NCBI GenBank assembly: GCA_036258175.1
Contig: DATAEE010000391.1
Span: forward strand, 2,833-66,832
DNA from: Vicinamibacterales bacterium
Lineage (GTDB): Bacteria; Acidobacteriota; Vicinamibacteria; Vicinamibacterales; 2-12-FULL-66-21
Length of the DNA stretch: 64,000 nucleotides
Direction of reading: 5' to 3'
The notes under the pieces are model-generated. The model ran no database searches and was not told where the DNA came from. It saw nothing but the letters and a program-made list of their open reading frames with translations. Positions 20,478 to 28,547 of the stretch are shown piece after piece; the stretch's first letter is position 1; every line of letters starts with the position of its first letter. The position numbers and the translations under genes were made by a program.

Positions 20478-21502
20478 CGACATCAAATCTGGGCACGGCA
20501 ACCGAACTGCGGAATCGGCCAGGCCCGCGGAACCTCCGTCTGTCATCGGCTTGGCGAACGCGCGAGCTCAGCACGCTCGCCATCCTTGCGGTCGAGATCC
20601 TCTTTTTCGCGTGGTACCTCGCACCTGACGGTGATCGTTCCCATCCATTTCTGAACTTTCCTAACGCGCTACTCATCCTGAAGTACTCGTCGATCTACGG
20701 CATCGCGGCGATCGGCGCCGCGATGGTGATCATCTCCGGCGGCGTTGATCTATCGCCCGGCGCCGTCATCGCGCTCGCGAGCGTCGTCCTCGGCGGCCTG
20801 TTCGTCGAGAGCGGCTGGTCGCTTGGGTCGAGCGTGACGATGGCGATCCTGGCCGGGCTCGCGGCGGGCGTGGTGACCTCCGCGCTCGTGGTGCTCGTGG
20901 GATTGCCGCCGTTCATTGCGACGCTCGGGGTGATGGGTATCGCTAGAGGCGCGGCGTTCATCTTTACCCAGGCGCGGTTCTTCGACGTGTCCGGCGCCCT
21001 GCCGCCCGGCTGGCAGCCGTTCGGCATCCCGCTCGACTGGTTCGCGCCGGGCGCGATGATCGGGCTCGCCGTCCTCTTTCAGATTCTGATGGTCCGGTTC
21101 CAGTGGGGCCGCGCCATCTACGCCGTCGGCGGCAACGAAACCGCGGCGCGCTTCTCCGGCGTCGCCGTAGGTGCCGTGAAGACGTCGGTCTATGTCCTCG
21201 CCGCGCTCTTGTCAGCCATCGCCGGCGTCGTGCTCGCGGTCGTGCAGGGGCAGGGGAAGGCGGACCTCGCCATGGGCTACGAGCTGGACATCATCGCGTC
21301 GGCAGTCGTCGGCGGCGCGAGCTTATCCGGAGGGCGAGGATCAGTCATCGGGGCGGTGCTCGGCACGCTGATCTTCGGCGTGCTGCGCAACGCGCTGCCG
21401 CAGATCCCCGGCGCAACGTTCTACGATAGGCTCATTGTCGGCTTCGTCGTCATCGTCATCGTCGTGATGGATCAGCTCCTCGTTCGCCGGGGAGCCCGAT
21501 AA
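20474..21502 (+). CDS. Sugar ABC transporter permease (RbsC/AraH-like)
   Basis: GTGA overlap with the ATPase. It is multi-TM, with GGVDLSPGAV, PFIATLGVMGIARG and GGASLSGGRGSVIGAVLG. Confidence 0.9.
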   Translation: MTTSNLGTATELRNRPGPRNLRLSSAWRTRELSTLAILAVEILFFAWYLAPDGDRSHPFLNFPNALLILKYSSIYGIAAIGAAMVIISGGVDLSPGAVIALASVVLGGLFVESGWSLGSSVTMAILAGLAAGVVTSALVVLVGLPPFIATLGVMGIARGAAFIFTQARFFDVSGALPPGWQPFGIPLDWFAPGAMIGLAVLFQILMVRFQWGRAIYAVGGNETAARFSGVAVGAVKTSVYVLAALLSAIAGVVLAVVQGQGKADLAMGYELDIIASAVVGGASLSGGRGSVIGAVLGTLIFGVLRNALPQIPGATFYDRLIVGFVVIVIVVMDQLLVRRGAR

Positions 21503-21513
21503 CCGGTTATTTC

Positions 21514-21560
21514 GTAGCGCAGCCCGTTAGGGCTGCCGTAGCGCAGGCCTTCAGGCCTGC
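21514..21560. repeat. Two tandem REP-type hairpins (GTAGC-GCAGCCC-GTTA-GGGCTGC and GTAGC-GCAGGCC-TTCA-GGCCTGC)
   Basis: 7-bp GC stems with 4-nt loops at 21519-21536 and 21543-21560. They lie between the permease and binding-protein genes. Relatives are at 26715, 37647 and 49337. Confidence 0.8.
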
Positions 21561-21574
21561 CGGAGGCCGACATC

Positions 21575-22543
21575 GTGCGCCACCTTTGCCTGATCGTTTG
21601 CCTGGGACTCGCCGCGTGCGGCGGCGGAAGCCGGGACGCGGCGACGTCGGGAGATTCCGCAACGAAGAAGCTTCGCTTCGCGGTCATCCCGAAGTCGCTC
21701 GATCTCCCTGTCTTCAACTACGCGAAGGTCGGCGCCGAGCGGGCGGCGGCGGAGCTGGGAAACATCGAGGTGATCTGGCGCGGGTCGGAAACCGCCGATC
21801 AGCTCCGTCAGAAGGAGATTCTCGAATCGTTCATCACACAGCGCGTGGATGGGATCGCGATCTCCAGCCTGGGCGGCGATTTTCTCAACGAGACGATCAA
21901 TCGCGCGGTCGACGCGGGCATCCCGGTCGTGACGTGGGATTCCGACGCACCGAATTCCAAACGGATCGCGTACTACGGCGTCGACGATCGCGCCGCCGGC
22001 CGCATCATGGGTGAGGAAACGGTCAAGATGCTGGATGGCAAGGGCCAGGTGGCGCTCATCACCAGCATCGGTGCCGTGAATCTGGCGCGGCGGCTCGAAG
22101 GCGTTCAGGAAATACTCGCCAAACATCCGGGCATCAAGGTTGTCGAGGTCTACGACATCAAGGAAGACAGTATCCGCTGCGCGGAGATCATCGCGTCCGG
22201 GACGAACCGCTATCCGGATCTCAAGGCGTGGATCTCGGTCGGCGGCTGGCCGGTGTTCACGCGCAACGCGCTCGACGCGGTCGATCCCGCCAGGACGAAG
22301 TTCATCGCCTTCGACACGATTCCACCGGCGCCTGAACTCATCAAAGCGGGCAAGGTGCAGCTGCTCATTGGTCAGAAGTACTTCGGCTGGGGCGCTGAGT
22401 CGGTGAGGCTGCTCGCCGGCATTAAGGCAGGCAAGATGCCGTCTTCGCCGGTCGTCGATTCCGGCGTCGACGTCGTCACGGCCGCGAACGTCGATCAATA
22501 CGTCGAGCAGTGGAAGAAGCTGGAGCGCGGGGAACAACCGTGA
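21575..22543 (+). CDS. Sugar ABC transporter periplasmic binding lipoprotein
   Basis: Lipobox LGLAAC. KLRFAVIPKSLDLPVF, VDGIAIS and PVVTWDSD are typical of the type I PBP (RbsB-like) fold. The GTG start follows GGAGG. Confidence 0.85.
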   Translation: MRHLCLIVCLGLAACGGGSRDAATSGDSATKKLRFAVIPKSLDLPVFNYAKVGAERAAAELGNIEVIWRGSETADQLRQKEILESFITQRVDGIAISSLGGDFLNETINRAVDAGIPVVTWDSDAPNSKRIAYYGVDDRAAGRIMGEETVKMLDGKGQVALITSIGAVNLARRLEGVQEILAKHPGIKVVEVYDIKEDSIRCAEIIASGTNRYPDLKAWISVGGWPVFTRNALDAVDPARTKFIAFDTIPPAPELIKAGKVQLLIGQKYFGWGAESVRLLAGIKAGKMPSSPVVDSGVDVVTAANVDQYVEQWKKLERGEQP

Positions 22544-22656
22544 GCACAGGAAGTTACGAAGAGTCGACCGTCCCACGCGCGGCGGCGCGAAAATGATCAT
22601 CCAACGGCTGAGTCTGGGATAACATCAGGGCTCTTCGGCATTCCTGAGGTCGCGCA

Positions 22657-23841
22657 TTGACATCCGCCACTGGCAGTTACGCGGAGATACTGGCCGAACG
22701 CATCGAGGCCGAGCGCGTGAGGCTGGCCCAGGCCTGGCTCGACCGGCTCAAGACCGTGCTCTCGGTCGAGCCGAACGACGTCTTTCCAACCGACAGGCTA
22801 CTGGATCACATCCCTCTGCTGCTCGGGGAGATCGCCCGCTACCTGCGAGCGCCGAAGACCGAAGAGATCGCCGCGAACGCTGCCGTCATCGACAAGGCGC
22901 GCGAGCTGGGGCAGCTACGCCACGAGCAGAAAGCCTCGGTACACCAGATCCTGCGGGAGTACGAGCTGCTCGCAGAGATCCTGGAGAGTTTCGTCGCGTC
23001 GGAGACGAAGCGCCTCGATCTGGAGCCGGCGTCCTCCGTGTGCCTGGACGCGATGCGCAGACTGATGCGGTCGGTGCGCGCGCTGATGCGCACGACCGTC
23101 GACACGTTCGTCGGCGAATACACCGCAACCATCGAGGCGCAGACCGAGCAGCTCCGGAGCTATAACCGGATGGCCAGCCATGAGTTGCGCTCGCCTGTCG
23201 GCACGATCCTGGTCGCGGCGAGCCTGATCATCCGGGAGGACGTCCAACACGATCCCCAGCGGTGGGAGCGCATCGCAAGCACGATTCGGCGGAACGCGGA
23301 GCGTTTGAGCGTGCTGTTGAGCACGCTGCAGCGCGTCGCGCACCTCGACGAGGCGCTCGACGGCCCGAGCTCGCAGGTCGTCGAAGTGGCCTCGCTCGCG
23401 GAGGAGGTTGCGCGCCAGCTTCGGGAAATGGCGCAGGCCCGTCAAGTGGCCGTACGAGTCGATCCGGGGCTGCCTGTTCTACTGATCGATCCGGCGCGGC
23501 TCGAACTTGCCCTGCTGAACCTCATCTCCAACGGAATCAAGTACAGCGACCCGGCGAAGCCGGATCGCTTCGTCGAGATTCGCTTCGACGGCCAGTCGGA
23601 TTCGACCTGCACGATTTGCGTGCGCGACAACGGCCTGGGTATCCCAGACGACGCGAAGCCAGCGGTCTTCAAGCGGTTCTTCCGGGCACACGCCGAGCTG
23701 GACGACCGGCTCGGCATAGACGGCAGCGGTCTCGGCCTCGCCATAGTCGCCGAATGCGTGCAGGCGCTCGGCGGTGCGATCACCTGCGAGTCGCGCGCCG
23801 GCGAGGGCACGACCTTCTACCTCGAGCTCCCCGTCAAGTAA
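22657..23841 (+). CDS. Cytoplasmic sensor histidine kinase (orphan; no adjacent response regulator)
   Basis: H-box MASHELRSPVG. N-box LISNGIKY. DNGLGIP and GSGLGLAIV are the G-boxes. There are no TM segments. TTG start. Confidence 0.85.
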   Translation: MTSATGSYAEILAERIEAERVRLAQAWLDRLKTVLSVEPNDVFPTDRLLDHIPLLLGEIARYLRAPKTEEIAANAAVIDKARELGQLRHEQKASVHQILREYELLAEILESFVASETKRLDLEPASSVCLDAMRRLMRSVRALMRTTVDTFVGEYTATIEAQTEQLRSYNRMASHELRSPVGTILVAASLIIREDVQHDPQRWERIASTIRRNAERLSVLLSTLQRVAHLDEALDGPSSQVVEVASLAEEVARQLREMAQARQVAVRVDPGLPVLLIDPARLELALLNLISNGIKYSDPAKPDRFVEIRFDGQSDSTCTICVRDNGLGIPDDAKPAVFKRFFRAHAELDDRLGIDGSGLGLAIVAECVQALGGAITCESRAGEGTTFYLELPVK

Positions 23842-23847
23842 GTCTTC

Positions 23848-23929
23848 CATCGTCAATCGTCAATCGTCCCCAATCATCAATCGACAATCGCCGAACAATC
23901 GACAATCAACAATCCACAGTCCACAATGG
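23848..23929. repeat. Tandem array of ~12 degenerate heptamers (CAATCGN)
   Basis: CCATCGT CAATCGT CAATCGT CCCC AATCAT CAATCGA CAATCGC CGAA CAATCGA CAATCAA CAATCCA CAGTCCA CAATGG. It lies between the kinase stop (23841) and the lhr start (23933). Confidence 0.85.
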
Positions 23930-23932
23930 AGT

Positions 23933-26900
23933 GTGGCTCTCTCGCAATTTCATCCTGTCGTGGCGCGCTGGTTTGCCGAGACGCTCGGCGAACCGACGAC
24001 GGCTCAGGTCCGCGGGTGGGCGTCGATCCGCGAAGGCCGTCATGCGCTCGTGGCGGCCCCGACCGGATCGGGCAAGACACTCGCGGCATTCCTCGGCGCG
24101 CTCGACGATCTCCTTCAAGAAGGATTACGAGGCCCGCTGCCGGATGAGGTGCGAGTCGTCTACGTCTCGCCTCTGAAGGCGCTCAGCGCGGACATCGTCA
24201 AAAACCTCGGCGAGCCGCGGCGCGGAATCCGGGAGCTGGCGGAGGAGGCGGACCTCGACGCGCCGCGCATTACGGCGGCGGTGCGGACCGGCGACACGAC
24301 TCAATCCGAGCGCGCCGCGATGCTGCGTACGCCGCCGCACATTCTAGTCACGACTCCCGAGTCGCTTTACCTCCTGCTCACTGCGGAACGCAGCCGCGAG
24401 ATGCTCCGCACCGCGCGCATGGTCATCGTGGACGAGATCCACGCCGTCATCGGGACCAGACGTGGCGCGCACCTCGCGCTGTCGCTGGAGCGGCTCGAGG
24501 CATTGACCGAGGGGACGCTCCAACGCGTCGGTCTTTCGGCTACTCAGAATCCAATCGAAGAAGTTGCCCGGTACCTCATTGGCACCGATCGCACCGAGTG
24601 CGCCATCGTCGATGAAGGGCACCGCAGGGAAATGGATCTTGCGCTGGAGATCCCGCGGTCGCCGATCGAAGCGGTGATGTCCCACGAGGTGTGGGAGGAG
24701 TACTACGATCGCCTGACCGAGCTGATCGCGGCGCACCGGACGACGCTGGTGTTCGTGAACACGCGGCGTCTGGCGGAGCGGGTGGCCCGGCACCTCAGCG
24801 ACCGCTTAGGCGACACCGTCGTCACGGCGCATCACGGCAGCCTGTCGAAGGAGCGGCGGCTCGATGCGGAATCACGACTCAAAGGCGGTCACCTGAAAGC
24901 GCTCGTCGCGACCGCGTCCCTTGAACTTGGCATCGACATCGGCTCGGTCGATCTCGTCTGCCAGATCGGCTCGCCGCATCACATCGCGACCTTCCTGCAG
25001 CGCGTCGGGCGGTCCGGCCACAGCATCCATGGGCTGCCGAAGGGGCGGCTGTTTGCCGTCTCGCGCGACGACCTCGTCGAGTGCGCCGCGCTGGTGCGGT
25101 CGGTCAGGCGCGGCGAGCTCGACCGGATCGTGTCGCACGACGCGCCGCTCGACGTGCTGGCGCAGCAGGTGGTCGCTGAGTCGGCGTCCCGTGAGTATTC
25201 GGAGGACGAGTTGTTCGCGCTCGTGCGGCGGGCGTGGCCTTACCGCGCGCTCGAGCGGCGCGACTTCGATGCCGTGGTCAAGATGACGGCCGAGGGGTTC
25301 GCCACGCGGAGGGGCCGCCGCAGCGCCCTCGTCCATCGAGATGAAGTGAATGCGAAGGTGAGGGGACGTCGCGGCGCCCGCTCGCTCGCGATCACCTCGG
25401 GTGGCGCCATCCCGGAAGTGGCGGACTACCGCGTTGTGCTGGTCCCGGAGGACACGTTCATCGGCACGCTGAACGAGGACTTCGCGATCGAGAGCTCCGC
25501 CGGAGACATCTTTCAACTCGGCAACGCGTCGTGGCAGATCCTGCAGGTCGGCCCGGGCATCGTGCGCGTAGCGGACGCGAAAGGAGCACCGCCGACAATA
25601 CCGTTCTGGTTCGGCGAGGCGCCGGCGCGCAGCGACGAGCTGTCACGCTCGGTCAGCAATCTGCGCTCGGAAGTCGAGAGCGCGCTGGAAAAGGGGACAG
25701 CCCCCTTTTTACAAGAAACGGAAAAAGGTGACTGTCCTCTTTCTCCCGCCGCCGCGGAGCAGATCGTCGCGTACCTGGCCGACGGGCGGCGGGCGCTGGG
25801 CGTGCTGCCGACACAGGACACGCTCGTGCTCGAGCGCTTCTTCGACGAATCGGGCGGGATGCAGCTCGTGCTTCATGCGCCGTTCGGCAGCCGCGTGAAC
25901 CGCGCGTGGGGTCTCGCACTCCGCAAGCGCTTCTGCCGGCAGTTCAACTTCGAGCTGCAGGCGGCGGCCAACGAGGACGCCATCCTACTCTCGCTCGGGC
26001 CGCAGCACTCGTTCCCGCTGGCGGACGTGTTCCGGTACCTGCACCCTGCGACGGCGCGGGACGTGCTGGTGCAAGCATTCCTCGACGCGCCCGTGTTCCA
26101 GACGCGCTGGCGCTGGAACACCACGGTGTCGCTCGCGGTCCCGCGCAACCGCCACGGCAAGAAAGTCCCGCCGCAGCTCCAGCGCATGCTGGCGGACGAC
26201 TTGATGGCGGCGGTGTTTCCAGATGCGGCCGCGTGCCTCGAGAACATTCCGGGCGACCGGGAAATCCCGGACCATCCTCTGGTCAGTCAGACCGTTCGTG
26301 ACTGCCTCGAGGAGGCGATGGACTTCGAGACGCTGTCGGCAGTGCTCGAGCGGATCCATCGTGGCGAGTTGCGTCTCGTGTCGCGCGACACGCCTGAACC
26401 ATCACCGCTCGCGCACGAAATCCTGAACGCTCGCCCGTACGCGTTCCTGGACGATGCCCCGCTCGAAGAGCGCCGGACCCAGGCCGTCTATACCCGACGC
26501 GCGACGGAGCCGGCGTCCGGAGGAGACCTCGGCGCGCTCGACGTGGCGGCGATCGAACGGGTGCGCGACGACGCACGGCCAGAGCCGCGCGACGCCGACG
26601 AGCTGCACGACGCGCTGCTGACTGCAGGATTCCTGACGATGGGGGAGGGGGCCGCCTTCCAGCCCGAGCTGTTCGAGCCCCTGATTGCCGGTGGTCGGAT
26701 CACTCGCGTAGTGGCGCAGCCCTTCAGGGCTGCGGAAGCGGACTGGCTCTGGACAACAGCCGAACGGCTTCCCGAGCTGCTCGCGGTTCATCCGGGCGCG
26801 TCCCTCGATCCGCCGGTCATGCCCCCGGCATCGCGCACCGCACGAACCTGGAGGCGCGAGGAAGCGATCGTCGAGCTGCTTCGCGGCAGACTCACGGTTA

Positions 26901-28249
26901 CCGGACCGACGACGGCCGGCGAACTGGCGCAGTCCCTCGACGTCACCGAAGCAGAGGCGATGACGGCCCTCGAGGCGCTCGAAGCGGAAGGCGTCGTCCT
27001 GCGCGGTTTTTTCACGCCCGAATCCGCGCTGGAATGGTGCGATCGGCGGCTGCTCGCGCGAATCCATCGCTACACGCTCAATCGCCTTCGCGCGGAGATC
27101 GAGCCGGTGAGTCCGGCCGACTTCATGCGTTTCCTGTTCGTGTGGCAGCACGTGGACAAGACGACGCGTCTGAGCGGCCTCGACGGTCTGCGCGCGGTTG
27201 TCGGAGAGCTCGACGGGTTCGAACTGCCAGCGCGCGCGTGGGAGCGGTCGGTGCTTCCTGCGCGGCTCGATCGCTACGAGCCGTCGATGCTCGACCTGCT
27301 GTGCCTCACCGGTCATGTGGGATGGGCGCGTCTCTCCGCGGGATCAGTACCTGTGGCGGGCGTCAGCCCGATCGCGCTGTTTCTTCGAGAGCACGCTGAC
27401 GGTTGGCTGACGCTGCGCGCCGAAGGTGGTACGAGGCTTCCGCCTAGTCCGCCGGACGAGGAGCCATCGCTGACCCCGCTCACGCGCACCGTGCTGGGCG
27501 TACTCGTGGCGCGCGGCGCATCGTTCCTCAAAGAGATCGCAACGGCTTGCGCGATCGACGAGGTGACGGCTCGAAGCGCCGTCGGCGAGCTGGTCTCGGC
27601 GGGGCTCATCACGTCCGATGGCTTCGCCGGCCTGCGCGCGATCCTGCGCGCCCGGCGGCCGGATGCGGCCCGCGAACGCGGCGCCGATTCTTCAGGGCGC
27701 TGGTCGCTTCTTCGGCCACGGATCACAGCGGATGACGGACCACAGATCACCGCGGATCGTGAAGCCGCCGTGGAGGTCCAGGCCTGGGCGCTTCTGCGCC
27801 GGTACGGCGTCGTGTTCCGCAGGCTGCTCGCGCGGGAGACGAACGCGGCGCCGTGGCGCGAACTGGCCCGCATGTATCGCCGCCTCGAAGCCCGTGGCGA
27901 GATCCGCGGCGGCCGGTTCGTGAGCGGCATGTCCGGCGAGCAGTTCGCGCTCGGCGAGGCGGTCGAGCGGCTGCGCGAGGTTCGCCGTACGCCGGTCGAC
28001 GACACGCTCATTTCGATCAGCGCCGCCGATCCGCTCAACCTCGCGGGCATCGTGACGCCCGGCGACCGGGTGCCGGCGCGCGGCGCGAGCCGGATGGTCT
28101 ACCGCCACGGCGTACCGATCGCGGTGATGGAAGGGGACTACGTGCGGCCGCTCGTCGAGTACGATTCTTCGCTCGCCGGCGAGGTCGCAACCGCGCTCGC
28201 CGGTCGGAGAGTGCCCGCGGTCCTGAGCGGTTTCGTCGGACGGCACTAA
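23933..28249 (+). CDS. lhr: Lhr-family large ATP-dependent DEAD/DEAH-box helicase
   Basis: The probable GTG start at 23933 gives (M)ALSQFHPVVARWFAE. Motif I is APTGSGKTLAAFL. VDEIH, helicase C HHGSLSKERR, then NRAWGLALRKRFC and a long C-terminal domain follow. The track ORF start at 23774 runs through the heptamer array. Confidence 0.9.
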   Translation: MALSQFHPVVARWFAETLGEPTTAQVRGWASIREGRHALVAAPTGSGKTLAAFLGALDDLLQEGLRGPLPDEVRVVYVSPLKALSADIVKNLGEPRRGIRELAEEADLDAPRITAAVRTGDTTQSERAAMLRTPPHILVTTPESLYLLLTAERSREMLRTARMVIVDEIHAVIGTRRGAHLALSLERLEALTEGTLQRVGLSATQNPIEEVARYLIGTDRTECAIVDEGHRREMDLALEIPRSPIEAVMSHEVWEEYYDRLTELIAAHRTTLVFVNTRRLAERVARHLSDRLGDTVVTAHHGSLSKERRLDAESRLKGGHLKALVATASLELGIDIGSVDLVCQIGSPHHIATFLQRVGRSGHSIHGLPKGRLFAVSRDDLVECAALVRSVRRGELDRIVSHDAPLDVLAQQVVAESASREYSEDELFALVRRAWPYRALERRDFDAVVKMTAEGFATRRGRRSALVHRDEVNAKVRGRRGARSLAITSGGAIPEVADYRVVLVPEDTFIGTLNEDFAIESSAGDIFQLGNASWQILQVGPGIVRVADAKGAPPTIPFWFGEAPARSDELSRSVSNLRSEVESALEKGTAPFLQETEKGDCPLSPAAAEQIVAYLADGRRALGVLPTQDTLVLERFFDESGGMQLVLHAPFGSRVNRAWGLALRKRFCRQFNFELQAAANEDAILLSLGPQHSFPLADVFRYLHPATARDVLVQAFLDAPVFQTRWRWNTTVSLAVPRNRHGKKVPPQLQRMLADDLMAAVFPDAAACLENIPGDREIPDHPLVSQTVRDCLEEAMDFETLSAVLERIHRGELRLVSRDTPEPSPLAHEILNARPYAFLDDAPLEERRTQAVYTRRATEPASGGDLGALDVAAIERVRDDARPEPRDADELHDALLTAGFLTMGEGAAFQPELFEPLIAGGRITRVVAQPFRAAEADWLWTTAERLPELLAVHPGASLDPPVMPPASRTARTWRREEAIVELLRGRLTVTGPTTAGELAQSLDVTEAEAMTALEALEAEGVVLRGFFTPESALEWCDRRLLARIHRYTLNRLRAEIEPVSPADFMRFLFVWQHVDKTTRLSGLDGLRAVVGELDGFELPARAWERSVLPARLDRYEPSMLDLLCLTGHVGWARLSAGSVPVAGVSPIALFLREHADGWLTLRAEGGTRLPPSPPDEEPSLTPLTRTVLGVLVARGASFLKEIATACAIDEVTARSAVGELVSAGLITSDGFAGLRAILRARRPDAARERGADSSGRWSLLRPRITADDGPQITADREAAVEVQAWALLRRYGVVFRRLLARETNAAPWRELARMYRRLEARGEIRGGRFVSGMSGEQFALGEAVERLREVRRTPVDDTLISISAADPLNLAGIVTPGDRVPARGASRMVYRHGVPIAVMEGDYVRPLVEYDSSLAGEVATALAGRRVPAVLSGFVGRH
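25690..25742. repeat. 53-nt double-stem palindromic element, copy B (inside the lhr coding sequence)
   Basis: AAAGGGGACAG-CC-CCCTTTTT, an 11-nt loop, then AAAAAGGT-GA-CTGTCCTCTTT. The arms match copy A at 7658-7710, while the loop sequence is unrelated. Confidence 0.8.
26715..26734. repeat. REP-type hairpin CGCAGCCC-TTCA-GGGCTGCG inside the lhr coding sequence
   Basis: The core is the same as the intergenic hairpins at 21519, 37647 and 49343. It is translated as VAQPFRAAEA. Confidence 0.6.
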
Positions 28250-28278
28250 GCACAGATCGTCGATGCCTCGTGCCTTGT

Positions 28279-28398
28279 GCCGGGTGCCTGGTGCGAACGG
28301 GGTGCCGGGTGCCTGGTGGGTGCCTGGTGCTTGGTGAGTGCGTGGTGCACCCGGCACCCACCTGGCACCCGGCACCCCGCTCGCACCAGGCACCAGGC
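28279..28398. repeat. Long near-perfect hairpin built from GGTGCC/GGCACC units (51-nt arms, 18-nt loop)
   Basis: Left arm 28279-28329 against the reverse complement of 28348-28398 gives 47/51 identical by hand alignment. It begins 30 nt after the lhr stop and could act as a terminator or REP. Confidence 0.85.
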
Positions 28399-28547
28399 AT
28401 GTGGCACCAGGCACCCAGACGCCAAACAGCGATCGAATCGAATTCTCAAATCTTCGTCATCTCGAGATGTGATGGTGAGAAGATCATCGACATCATGCGG
28501 AGATTCTATGAATCGATCGCGAGCGCGCTCGCTATCATGCGTTCGCG

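Noticed and set aside
23848-23929. The possibility that the short tandem arrays (here and at 35031, 38341, 52597 and 28279) are CRISPR arrays.
   Set aside because: The units are only 7-9 bp and directly abut without unique spacers. No cas genes are present.
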